A stretch of 64,000 nucleotides of DNA from Planctomycetota bacterium (lineage in GTDB: Bacteria > Planctomycetota > UBA1135). The first letter of the stretch is position 1; each line of letters begins with the position of its first letter. The position numbers and the translations under genes were made by a program. This document shows positions 55,512 through 64,000 of the stretch, piece by piece. The stretch is taken from assembly GCA_027020785.1 (NCBI GenBank), contig JALUVI010000009.1, positions 3,469 through 67,468 on the forward strand, read 5' to 3'. Under the pieces are notes generated by a model. That model did no database searches and was not told the origin of the DNA. It saw only the letters and a list, made by a program, of their open reading frames with translations.

Positions 55512-55513
55512 CC

Positions 55514-56611
55514 ATGGAACCCACCACCGAACCCGCCCCGGCGAACGAGCCGCTCGCCACCCCGCTCCTCGCTGCGCACCGCGCGCTCGGCGGACGCATC
55601 GTGCCCTTCGCCGGGTGGAGCATGCCGCTCGACTACGGCTCCATCCTCGAGGAGTCGCGCGCGGTGCGCGAGACGGCCGGGCTGTTCGACGTCTCGCACA
55701 TGGGCCGTTTCTTCCTCCACGGCCCCGAGGTCGGCGCCGCGCTCGACCGCGCGCTCGGCGGCCGCATCGAGGACCTGCCGGTCGAGATGGCCCGCTACAC
55801 CCTGATCCTCGACGAGGGGGGCGGCATCCTCGACGACCTCCTGGTGTACCGACTCGGCGAGGACGACTGGATGCTGGTGGTCAACGCGGCCAACCGCGAG
55901 CGCGACGCCGCGGTGCTGCGCGAACGGCTCGCCCCCCTGGCCCTCGACGACCGCACCCGCGACGGCGGCGGCATCCTCGCGCTGCAGGGCCCCGAGTCGC
56001 CGCGGCTGGTCGCGGCGGTCGCCCCCGGCGCCGAGGACCTCCCCTTCCTCGGACTCGGCCGGTTCGACGCGCCGTGGGGGCCGTTGCTCGTCGCCCGCAC
56101 CGGCTACACCGGAGAGCGCGGCTACGAGCTGTTCCCGACCGCCGCGCAACTGGTCCCGCTGTGGGAACGCCTGCTCGAACTCGGCGCCCGCCCGGTCGGG
56201 CTCGGCGCCCGCGACGTGCTCCGCCTGGAGGCGGCGATGCCGCTCTACGGCCACGAGATCCACGAGGGCGTGGACCCGCGCGAAGCTGGGCTCGGCTTCG
56301 CCATCCGCGGCTGGAAGGAGCGCGACTTCGTCGGCGGCGACGCCCTGCGCGCGGCCGGGCCGCCGCGGCGCGAGCTGGTCGGCCTCACCGCCGAGAAGCG
56401 CGTCCCCCGCCAGGGCTACCCGGTGCTCGCCGGCGACCGCGTGGTCGGCGAGGTCTGCTCCGGCGCCTGGTCGGCCGCCCTCGACCGCCCCATCGCCACC
56501 GCCCTCGTCGAACGCGGCGTGGACGGTCCGCTCGCCGTGGACCTCCGCGGCAAGCCCCTGCCCGTGGAACGGGTTCCCCTCCCCTTCGTCCCCCATCGCT
56601 CCCGCGACTGA
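55514..56611 (+). CDS. gcvT: Glycine cleavage system T protein (aminomethyltransferase)
   Basis: 'PFAGWSMPLDYGS', 'GLFDVSHMG' and 'ARTGYTGERGYEL' are present. Confidence 0.95.
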   Translation: MEPTTEPAPANEPLATPLLAAHRALGGRIVPFAGWSMPLDYGSILEESRAVRETAGLFDVSHMGRFFLHGPEVGAALDRALGGRIEDLPVEMARYTLILDEGGGILDDLLVYRLGEDDWMLVVNAANRERDAAVLRERLAPLALDDRTRDGGGILALQGPESPRLVAAVAPGAEDLPFLGLGRFDAPWGPLLVARTGYTGERGYELFPTAAQLVPLWERLLELGARPVGLGARDVLRLEAAMPLYGHEIHEGVDPREAGLGFAIRGWKERDFVGGDALRAAGPPRRELVGLTAEKRVPRQGYPVLAGDRVVGEVCSGAWSAALDRPIATALVERGVDGPLAVDLRGKPLPVERVPLPFVPHRSRD

Positions 56612-56620
56612 ACCGCACCC

Positions 56621-57004
56621 ATGCGCCCCACCGACCGCCGCTACACCGAAAGCCACGAATGGGCCCTCGCCGAGGGCGACGTCGTGACCATCGGCATCAC
56701 CGACCACGCCGTCGAGGAACTCGGCGAACTCGTCTACCTCGACCTGCCCGAGCCGGGACGCACGCTGGCCCGCGGAGAAGCCTTCGGCGAAGTCGAATCC
56801 GTCAAGGCCGTCTCCGACCTGATGGCGCCCGTGGGCGGCGAGGTGGTCGAGGTCAACCAGGCCCTGGTGGACGACCTGGCCGGCCTGCAGGACGCCCCGT
56901 TCACCGACGGCTGGCTGATCAAGGTCCGCCCCGCCGCCGGCGAGTCGCTGGACGACCTCCTCGACGCGGCCGCCTACGACGAACTGGTCCGCGCCTCGGC
57001 CTGA
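56621..57004 (+). CDS. gcvH: Glycine cleavage system H protein
   Basis: 'YTESHEW' and the lipoyl-lysine motif 'VESVKAVSDL' are present. Confidence 0.95.
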   Translation: MRPTDRRYTESHEWALAEGDVVTIGITDHAVEELGELVYLDLPEPGRTLARGEAFGEVESVKAVSDLMAPVGGEVVEVNQALVDDLAGLQDAPFTDGWLIKVRPAAGESLDDLLDAAAYDELVRASA

Positions 57005-57005
57005 C

Positions 57006-58364
57006 ATGCCCTACGTCCAGAACTCCGACCGCGACCGGGCCGCGATGCTCGAGCGGGTCGGCGTCGGCTCGGTGGACGAGCTGTTCGCACCGATCCCCGA
57101 GGCCCTGCGGCTGACCGAGCCGCCCCCCATCGGCCCCGGAACCACCGAGGACGGGCTGGTCCGCGCCCTCGACGAGCTCGCCGCCCGCAACCGCCCGAGC
57201 GACGGCGGCGCCTGCTTCCTCGGCGGCGGCGCCTACGACCACGGCTGGCTGGCGCTGGTGGACCACGTCATGCAGCGCAGCGAGTTCCTGACCGCCTACA
57301 CCCCCTACCAGCCCGAGTGCTCGCAGGGGACGCTGCAGTGGATCTTCGAGTTCCAGACCATGATCGCCGACCTCTGCGGCATGGAGGTCGCGAACGCTTC
57401 CATGTACGACGGCGCGTCGGCCGCGGCCGAGGCGGCGGTCCTGGCCCTGGCCCAGACCCGCCGCTCGCGCATCGTGGTCTCGGCCGGGCTGCACCCGCAC
57501 ACGCGCCAGACCCTCCGCACCTACCTGACCCACCTCGAGGTGGACATCGTCGAGGCGCCGCTCGGCGCCGACGGCCGCACCGACTGGGGCGAGCTGGTGG
57601 ACGACGCCACCGCCGCGGTCCTGGTCCAGCAGCCGAACTTCGTCGGCGCCGTCGAGGAGCTCGGCCCGGTGGCCGACGCCGCCCACGGCCACGGCGCCCT
57701 GGCGGTCGCCTCCATCTACCCGGTGGCGATGGGGCTCCTGCGCTCGCCCGGCGAGGCCGACTTCGACGTGGTGGTCGGCGACGGGCAGTCGCTCGGCGTC
57801 CCGCTCGCCTTCGGCGGCCCGGCCTTCGGCTTCTTCGCCACGCGACAGGCCTTCGTGCGCCGCATGCCCGGCCGCCTGGTCGGCCAGAGCGTGGACCGCG
57901 AGGGGCGCCGCGCCTTCACCCTCGCCTTCCAGACCCGCGAGCAGCACATCCGCCGCGAGAAGGCGACCAGCAACATCTGCACCAACAACTCGCTGATGGC
58001 GCTGCGCGGCTGCGTCCACCTCGCCACCCTCGGCCCGCGCGGGCTCGAGGAGGTGGCGCTGGCGTCGCGCCGGCGCGCGCTCGAGGTCGCCGCCGGCCTC
58101 GAGGCCCTCGGCATCCCGCGAGCCTTCCCCGACACGCCGTTCTTCAACGAGCCGGCGTTCCGGCTCGCCGACGACCATGAGGTGGCGCGGTTCCGCGCCG
58201 CCCTGGCCGAACATGGCATCCGCGGTGGACTGGCGCTGGGCGGAGACTACCCCGAGCTCGCCGGCGTCTTCACCCTGGCCTGCACCGAACGGGTCCAGGA
58301 CGACGACGTGGCCCGGCTGCTGGCCGCGGCCCGCGCCTTCCAGACCCAGGAGGTGGCCTCGTGA
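57006..58364 (+). CDS. gcvPA: Glycine dehydrogenase (decarboxylating), subunit 1
   Basis: 'FLGGGAYDH' and 'AYTPYQPECSQGTLQ' are present. It occupies the expected operon position. Confidence 0.95.
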   Translation: MPYVQNSDRDRAAMLERVGVGSVDELFAPIPEALRLTEPPPIGPGTTEDGLVRALDELAARNRPSDGGACFLGGGAYDHGWLALVDHVMQRSEFLTAYTPYQPECSQGTLQWIFEFQTMIADLCGMEVANASMYDGASAAAEAAVLALAQTRRSRIVVSAGLHPHTRQTLRTYLTHLEVDIVEAPLGADGRTDWGELVDDATAAVLVQQPNFVGAVEELGPVADAAHGHGALAVASIYPVAMGLLRSPGEADFDVVVGDGQSLGVPLAFGGPAFGFFATRQAFVRRMPGRLVGQSVDREGRRAFTLAFQTREQHIRREKATSNICTNNSLMALRGCVHLATLGPRGLEEVALASRRRALEVAAGLEALGIPRAFPDTPFFNEPAFRLADDHEVARFRAALAEHGIRGGLALGGDYPELAGVFTLACTERVQDDDVARLLAAARAFQTQEVAS

Positions 58365-59830
58365 ACCCCTGCCCCGTCCCGCTCCTGTTCGAGGACTCGC
58401 GCCCCGGCCGCCGCTGCCTGCGAGTGGACGGCGACGACCTCGACGCCGCCCGCGCCGGCCTGCCCGAGTCCGAGCTGCGCCGTGAGCCGGTGCCGCTCCC
58501 CGAGTCGGGCGAGCTCGACCTGCTGCGTCACTTCACGCGGTTGAGCGAGCTGAACTACGCCATCACGACCAACTTCTATCCGCTGGGGTCGTGCACCATG
58601 AAGTACAACCCCGTGGTCCACGAGGCCATCGCGGCCGACCGCCGCTGGACCGGGGTGCATCCCCTGCAGGACGGCGACGAAACCCAAGGAGCGCTCGCGG
58701 TGATGCGCGGGCTCGAGCGGATGCTCGCCGAGCTCACCGGGCTGCCCGCAGTCAGCCTGCACCCCGCGGCCGGCGCCCAGGGCGAGCTGACCGCCTTGAT
58801 GGTGCTCCGCGCCTGGCTGGTCGAGAACGGCGACGACGCGCGCCGCACCATCCTGGTGCCGGACAGCGCGCACGGCACCAACCCGGCGTCGTGCACCCTG
58901 GCCGGGTTCGCGGTGAAGACGGTGCGCAGCGACGAGCGCGGGCTCACCGACCTCGACCACCTGCGCGAGCTGCTCGGCCCCGACACCGCCGGGCTGATGA
59001 TCACCAACCCGAACACGCTGGGGCTGTTCGAGGAGGACATCCGGGTCATCTGCGACCTGGTGCACGAGGCCGGCGGACGGGTGTACATGGACGGCGCCAA
59101 CTTCAACGCCATCGTCGGCGTGGCGCGCCCCGGGGACTTCGGGGTGGACATGATGCACCTGAACCTCCACAAGACCTTCTCGACGCCGCACGGCGGCGGC
59201 GGTCCGGGGGCCGGCCCCATCTGCGTCACCGCCGAGCTCGAACCCTACCTGCCGGTGCCGCGGGTGGTGGAGCGGGAGGACGGAACGCTGGCGCTGTCCG
59301 AGGACGCGCCGCGCTCCATCGGGCGGCTGCGCGCCTTCCACGGCAACTTCGGCGTGCTCCTGCGCGCCTACGCCTACCTGGTGCGCCTCGGCGCCCGCGG
59401 CGTGCGGCGGGTCGCCGAGAACGCGGTGCTGAACGCGAACTACCTGCGGGTCCAGGTCCGCGAGAAGTGGCGGGTGCCGTTCGACCGCACCTGCATGCAC
59501 GAGTTCGTGGCGCGGCCGACGCGCGAGATGCGCGAGCAGGGGGTCCACACCGTGGACGTCGCCAAGCGGCTCATCGAGCGCGGCTACCACCCGCCGACGG
59601 TGTACTTCCCGCTGGTCGTCCCCGAGGCCATCATGATCGAGCCGACCGAGACCGAGTCGCGCGAGACCCTCGACGGATTCGCCGCGGCGATGGCCGAGAT
59701 CGCCGACGAGGCGCTGCGGGGCGACGAGGCCCTGCACGAGGCCCCGCGGAACACCCCGGTCGGACGCGTGGACGAGGCGCGGGCCGTCAAACGGCCCATC
59801 CTGCGCTGGCGCCCCGACGCCGAGGGATGA
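58361..59830 (+). CDS. gcvPB: Glycine dehydrogenase (decarboxylating), subunit 2
   Basis: 'YPLGSCTMKYNP' and 'HLNLHKTFSTPHGGGGPG' (PLP-Lys region) are present. The start overlaps the gcvPA stop. Confidence 0.95.
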   Translation: MNPCPVPLLFEDSRPGRRCLRVDGDDLDAARAGLPESELRREPVPLPESGELDLLRHFTRLSELNYAITTNFYPLGSCTMKYNPVVHEAIAADRRWTGVHPLQDGDETQGALAVMRGLERMLAELTGLPAVSLHPAAGAQGELTALMVLRAWLVENGDDARRTILVPDSAHGTNPASCTLAGFAVKTVRSDERGLTDLDHLRELLGPDTAGLMITNPNTLGLFEEDIRVICDLVHEAGGRVYMDGANFNAIVGVARPGDFGVDMMHLNLHKTFSTPHGGGGPGAGPICVTAELEPYLPVPRVVEREDGTLALSEDAPRSIGRLRAFHGNFGVLLRAYAYLVRLGARGVRRVAENAVLNANYLRVQVREKWRVPFDRTCMHEFVARPTREMREQGVHTVDVAKRLIERGYHPPTVYFPLVVPEAIMIEPTETESRETLDGFAAAMAEIADEALRGDEALHEAPRNTPVGRVDEARAVKRPILRWRPDAEG

Positions 59831-60546
59831 GTCCGGCCCCGGCGCGCCGGCTGGACGACCCGCCGCTCCCCGGCCCGGTCAACATGGGCCGGGACGAGGC
59901 GCTGCTGGCGCTCCGCACCGCGCCGACCCTGCGCTTCTACCGCTGGCGACGGCCAACCCTGTCACTCGGCTGGTTCCAGCCCGCGGCCGACCTGCCGCTG
60001 GAGGCGGTGCGCGCCCGCGGCGGCGAGGTGGTGCGCCGCCCGACCGGCGGCAAGGCCATCCTCCACGAGGACGAGCTGACCTACGCGCTGTGCGCGCCCG
60101 AGGAGGGCCCGCTCGGCGGCGGCCCGGCGGCGGCGATGCGCACGGTACACGAAGCGCTGGCCGCCGAACTCGCGCGCCAGGCCGGTGCCGAGGTCCGGGT
60201 CCGCGACGACGCCGTCCTCGCCAGCGACGTGCCCGCCAGTCCGTGGTGCTTCCTCGACTCGAGCCCGCTCGACCTCGCCCTCGGCGGCCGCAAGCTGCTC
60301 GGCAGCGCCGCCCGCCGCCGCGACGGCTGGATCCTGTTCCACGGCTCGCTGGTGCTCACCGCCCCGGCCGAGACCCCCGAGGTCGCCGCACTGGGCCGCG
60401 AACCCGACCGCGACGCCCTCGCCGCCGCCCTGGGCGCCGCCCTCGACCTGGACTTCCGCCCCGGCGCCTGGACCGCCGAGGAGCTCGCCGAGGCCGAGGC
60501 CCGAGCCGAGCGTCACGCCCGGCCCGAACACGTGCTGCGCCGCTAG
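59827..60546 (+). CDS. Lipoate-protein ligase/octanoyltransferase-family (BPL_LplA_LipB) protein
   Basis: The ATGA overlap links it to gcvPB. 'LRFYRWRRPTLSLG', 'VVRRPTGGKAILH' and 'KLLGSAARRRDGWILFHGSL' match the LplA/LipM catalytic-domain pattern. Confidence 0.75.
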   Translation: MSPAPARRLDDPPLPGPVNMGRDEALLALRTAPTLRFYRWRRPTLSLGWFQPAADLPLEAVRARGGEVVRRPTGGKAILHEDELTYALCAPEEGPLGGGPAAAMRTVHEALAAELARQAGAEVRVRDDAVLASDVPASPWCFLDSSPLDLALGGRKLLGSAARRRDGWILFHGSLVLTAPAETPEVAALGREPDRDALAAALGAALDLDFRPGAWTAEELAEAEARAERHARPEHVLRR

Positions 60547-60553
60547 GGCGCGC

Positions 60554-63001
60554 CTATTGGACGTCCACCTGGAGCGGCGGCGAGTCGCGCCAGCCCGAGG
60601 GACCGTTCGCGGCGACCTCCAGGTACCAGGTGGTGCCGGAGATGGAACCGGGGAAGGTCACGAAGAACGATCCGATGCCGGTGCTGGTGGAGACGACGTG
60701 GTCCACGACGTACACCGGTTGGGCGACGTCGAAGTCGTGCCCCTGGTAGGTGGTGCCGGTGATGGCGGCGCTGGCGAGGAGCCAGCAGTCCACCGAGGGC
60801 GGGGCGTACTGGAAGTTGTAGGCGTAGGGCAGACCCGGCGTCGGCGTGGTCACGCCGGTGAGATCGATGGTGTCCTTCGGATCGCCGCCGCCCCCGCCAC
60901 CGATCACCGGGCGCGCGACCAGGGCGTAGTCGGCGTCCAGCCCCGGGGTCTCCAGGTGGGAGTCCTGGTTGATCTCGTCGGCGAGGACGTCCACGGTCCA
61001 GGTGCCGGCGGCCGGGTTCTGGACGATGACCTGCTCGACCGTGTCCTTGACGTTGCTGCTGCCGCCCGGGCTGCTGTACATGGACGAGAGCAGACCCTCG
61101 TTGCCCCAGTACACGGTGCCGCCCGGCGAGGTCACCCGCAGCGACAGGTCGTTGATGCGGTGCAGCGAGGAGCTGGTCGTCCCCGGAGGGTCGGCGTAGA
61201 CCAGCGTCACCCGGAACTCGGGCTCGCCGGCGGGGACGTCCACCGTGTAGGAGGTTCCGCCGCCCTGCGTCAGGACGTCGCTCTCGTCCACGATGAACAA
61301 CCGCCCCGCATCGTCGTAGAGGGTGCGCAGGTCGGGCCGCCCCCACCCCTGGTGGGTCCGGGTCCGGTCGTGCGTCGCGCCCGAGAACTGCCACTGCGTG
61401 GTCGAGTTCAGGAGCAACGCCTTGGCCGTCGTGTTGTGCGGCCGACTGTCGTAGACGTCGCTGCCGAAGGGCGAGGTGCCAAAGGCGTCCTCGTGCCACA
61501 TCTGATAGATGAGCCCGAGGTGCCCGGCCACGATGGGCGTGGCCGCCGAGGTCCCGCTGAAGGAGGTGTAGTCGTCACCAGCGACGTAACCGCCCGGGTC
61601 CTCGTCCGAGGTCCACACCGAATCGTAGTAGGCGGCGAGGTCGGGCTTGATGCGCCCATCCTGGGCCGGCCCGATGGAGGCCCCGAAGTTCCAGGCGTCG
61701 TTGGCGTCGTTGGTGTCGTTGTAGTGGTACAGACCACCCACCGAGATGATGTTCTTGGCCCAGGCCTGGGGCCGCGAGTCCTGGTTGCCGGCGTTGGACT
61801 GGGACTGCAGGATGGAGACGTCCAGCTGGAAGATGATGTCGTCCATCTCCTGCGAGTAGGTGTTGTAGCTGCGGGTGCGGCTGGAGCCCCACGAGTTCGT
61901 CTGGAACACGCAGCGGTAGACCGGACCTGCGGTCTCCTGGGTGAAGGTGAAGCGGTTGGAGTAACCGCTGTACCACGCGGCGACGCCCTGGGCGTCGGGC
62001 AACAGGCCGCGGGTCTGGCCTCCCGGAGAGCTGGCGCCGGTCGCGAAGTTGATGCCGTAGGTGCAGGTCCCGTGAGCGCCCGACGGCACGGTGCCGTGGA
62101 AGATCGGGGTGTGGGTCCCACTCCAATCGGCGTGCGAGTTGTCGGTGCCGGCGTCGAGGACCTCGCCGCGGACCCCCTGCCCGGTCCAGCCGGCCAGGGT
62201 CTCGAGGTCGTTGGCCCCCATCACGGTGCGCACCTTGTCCATGTCGGTCTCGGGCGCGGACCAGGCGTCCACCCCGAGGACGGACTCGGAACGCAGGACC
62301 TCGAGCAACTGCTCCGGCGAGAGCATGGCTTCCAGCACCCAGCCCTCGGCAGGGTCGGTCAGCGGCGCACCGGCGGCGGCGAGGACCGCGTCACGGACCC
62401 GGGCCTGCCCCTCGGGGCCGCGCACTGCGGCCTCGAGACGGTAGCGGCCGGCGGCGAGTTCGCCGGACCGGAAGTCCGCCAGGAGTTCGTCGGAGAGCTT
62501 GTAGGCGGGATGGAAGGGGCCGACCCAGCGCACGAAGGGCAGGGTCCGGACCCGCTCGGCGGTCGTGGGAGTCATCTCCCAGATGCCGGCGTTCCAGGCC
62601 AGGAAGCGGCGGTCGGCGCCGCCGAGCGCACGGACGGCCTCACGCCAGGGCTCGAGCCCCGGAGCGACGAACTGGACGATCCAGAGACGGCCGTCCGCCG
62701 GCGCGGCGAGGTCCGGGTCCACGGACGGAGGCGCGTCGTGGAGCGGGTCGAACTCCCCGTAGCGCAGCATCAGCTCCTGGGGCAGGACCCGGTCGCGGCC
62801 GAAGGTCTCGCCGCCGTCGGTGGAGAGCCGGAAGCCGACGCGCTCGCGGCCGGCCTCGTCCACCGTCCATCGCTCGACGACGAAGTCGCCGGCGCGGAAG
62901 GTCTCGGGGGCCTGGGCGGAAGGAGCTTCCCCGGTGGCCTGGGGGGCCGCTGGAGGGAGGAGGGAGAGAGCGAGGACGAGGGTGGAGAACATGGGATCCA
63001 T
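60554..63001 (-). CDS. Secreted subtilisin-like (S8) serine protease with a C-terminal beta domain
   Basis: A signal peptide is present. The catalytic triad regions are '[13 protein letters not shown]' (Asp), 'AHGTCTYGI' (His) and '[13 protein letters not shown]' (Ser). Confidence 0.8.
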   Translation of the reverse strand: MDPMFSTLVLALSLLPPAAPQATGEAPSAQAPETFRAGDFVVERWTVDEAGRERVGFRLSTDGGETFGRDRVLPQELMLRYGEFDPLHDAPPSVDPDLAAPADGRLWIVQFVAPGLEPWREAVRALGGADRRFLAWNAGIWEMTPTTAERVRTLPFVRWVGPFHPAYKLSDELLADFRSGELAAGRYRLEAAVRGPEGQARVRDAVLAAAGAPLTDPAEGWVLEAMLSPEQLLEVLRSESVLGVDAWSAPETDMDKVRTVMGANDLETLAGWTGQGVRGEVLDAGTDNSHADWSGTHTPIFHGTVPSGAHGTCTYGINFATGASSPGGQTRGLLPDAQGVAAWYSGYSNRFTFTQETAGPVYRCVFQTNSWGSSRTRSYNTYSQEMDDIIFQLDVSILQSQSNAGNQDSRPQAWAKNIISVGGLYHYNDTNDANDAWNFGASIGPAQDGRIKPDLAAYYDSVWTSDEDPGGYVAGDDYTSFSGTSAATPIVAGHLGLIYQMWHEDAFGTSPFGSDVYDSRPHNTTAKALLLNSTTQWQFSGATHDRTRTHQGWGRPDLRTLYDDAGRLFIVDESDVLTQGGGTSYTVDVPAGEPEFRVTLVYADPPGTTSSSLHRINDLSLRVTSPGGTVYWGNEGLLSSMYSSPGGSSNVKDTVEQVIVQNPAAGTWTVDVLADEINQDSHLETPGLDADYALVARPVIGGGGGGDPKDTIDLTGVTTPTPGLPYAYNFQYAPPSVDCWLLASAAITGTTYQGHDFDVAQPVYVVDHVVSTSTGIGSFFVTFPGSISGTTWYLEVAANGPSGWRDSPPLQVDVQ

Positions 63002-63087
63002 GGGAAGGAGCGGAGGGCCGGGCTGCGAAGGCGGCCGACGGCGGGCCCCGCGGTCGCTCCGAGTCTATCATGGAGGCCGAAACCCGC

Positions 63088-63867
63088 ATGCGCCCCTACC
63101 TGGACCTCCTACGCCGCGTCGTCGAGCACGGCGAGCGCCGGACCGACCGCACCGGGACCGGCACGCTGTCGCTGTTCGGCCTCCAGGCCCGCTACGACCT
63201 GCGCGAGGGCTTCCCGCTGGTGACCACCAAGAAGGTGCTGTTCGACGCAGTGGTCCGTGAGCTGCTCTGGTTCCTGCGCGGCTCCACCAACGTCAACGAC
63301 GACCTGACCCAGCACACCCCCATCTGGGACGCCTGGGCCGACGAGGACGGCGAGCTCGGTCCCATCTACGGCTATCAGTGGCGCAATTGGGACGGCCGGG
63401 GCATCGACCAGATCCGCGAGGCCGTCCGTCTCATCCGTGAGGAACCCGACTCGCGGCGCATCGTCGTCAGCGCCTGGAACGTCGCCGACCTGCCGCGGAT
63501 GGCGCTGCCGCCGTGCCACCTCCTGTTCCAGTTCTCGGTGCGCGGCGACCGCCTCGACCTGCAGCTCTACCAGCGCTCCGCCGACCTCGCGTTGGGCGTG
63601 CCCTTCAACATCGCGAGCTACGCCCTGCTCCTGACCATGGTCGCCCAGGAGACCGGGCTGACGCCGGGCGTCTTCGTCCACACCCTGGGCGACGCCCACG
63701 TCTACCTCAACCACCTCGACGGCATCCGCGAGCAGCTCTCGCGCGAGCCCTACCCGCGGCCTCGGGTCGAGGTGGCGCGCAAGCCGCTGGACGAGATCGC
63801 CTTCGAGGACGTGGTCCTGCACGACTACCGACACCACCCGTTCATCCGCTTCGAGGTCGCGGTGTGA
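63088..63867 (+). CDS. thyA: Thymidylate synthase
   Basis: 'MRPYLDLL', 'DRTGTGT' and '[10 protein letters not shown]' (catalytic Cys) are present. An alternative upstream ATG lies at 63070. Confidence 0.95.
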   Translation: MRPYLDLLRRVVEHGERRTDRTGTGTLSLFGLQARYDLREGFPLVTTKKVLFDAVVRELLWFLRGSTNVNDDLTQHTPIWDAWADEDGELGPIYGYQWRNWDGRGIDQIREAVRLIREEPDSRRIVVSAWNVADLPRMALPPCHLLFQFSVRGDRLDLQLYQRSADLALGVPFNIASYALLLTMVAQETGLTPGVFVHTLGDAHVYLNHLDGIREQLSREPYPRPRVEVARKPLDEIAFEDVVLHDYRHHPFIRFEVAV

Positions 63868-64000
63868 GCCGACCGCTGGTCCTGATCGCCGCCGTGGACG
63901 ACGAGGGCGGCATCGGGCGCGGCGGCGCCCTGCCGTGGCGGCTCCGTGCCGACATGGCCTTCTTCCGCGAGCGCACCACCGGCCCCGGCGGCGGCCACAA
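63864..64000 (+). CDS. folA: Dihydrofolate reductase, N-terminal part (runs off the window)
   Basis: The GTG start forms a GTGA overlap with the thyA stop. '[32 protein letters not shown]' matches the DHFR N terminus. Confidence 0.8.
   Translation, partial: MSRPLVLIAAVDDEGGIGRGGALPWRLRADMAFFRERTTGPGGGH

Overview
Very GC-rich bacterial chromosomal window, judged by eye and not computed. LPS and lipoprotein genes (Kdo/WaaP-type kinase, GT9 heptosyltransferase, kdsB, lgt) point to a Gram-negative organism. I support about 57 protein genes, 2 tRNAs, one glycine riboswitch with a terminator, one further intrinsic terminator and several repeats.

Most of the window is housekeeping: infB-rbfA, cysS, lon, fusA, thrB, ptsI, pyrG, metG, HU, rpmB, gcvT-H-PA-PB plus a lipoate ligase, and thyA-folA. 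Genes are tightly packed, and many neighbours share ATGA/GTGA overlaps.

The six-frame track is dominated by long Arg/Gly/Pro/Ala-rich antisense or read-through ORFs. I treat these as GC artefacts. Several real genes are only the 3' part of a listed ORF, and I re-derived their starts from the nucleotide sequence.

The best candidate for an undescribed system is about 15.3-27.1 kb. There the PAPS-synthesis genes sat and cysC sit among four alkaline-phosphatase/NPP-superfamily paralogs. One is small and lacks a signal peptide and lies exactly between sat and cysC. The other three are 720-835 aa and membrane or export associated. Two paralogous ribbon-helix-helix proteins with a shared C-terminal LGY tail and a polytopic membrane protein complete the cluster. 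I see no canonical sulfotransferase or PAPS reductase in the window. Four hexamers phased at 11 bp lie upstream of the first gene.

Other notable items:
- a THUMP-less Pus10-type pseudouridine synthase, an archaeal/eukaryal family
- a 1.6 kb two-gene cassette bracketed by a 47-bp perfect direct repeat that duplicates a convergent gene junction
- a 137-aa H1-like lysine-repeat protein next to HU
- a Tex-like protein with an (EAKQ)7 repeat and an RGG tail
- a translationally coupled ICMT-like methyltransferase and mini-kinase pair

No CRISPR array, transposase or integrase was seen. All family calls rest on motif recognition by eye. No searches were run.
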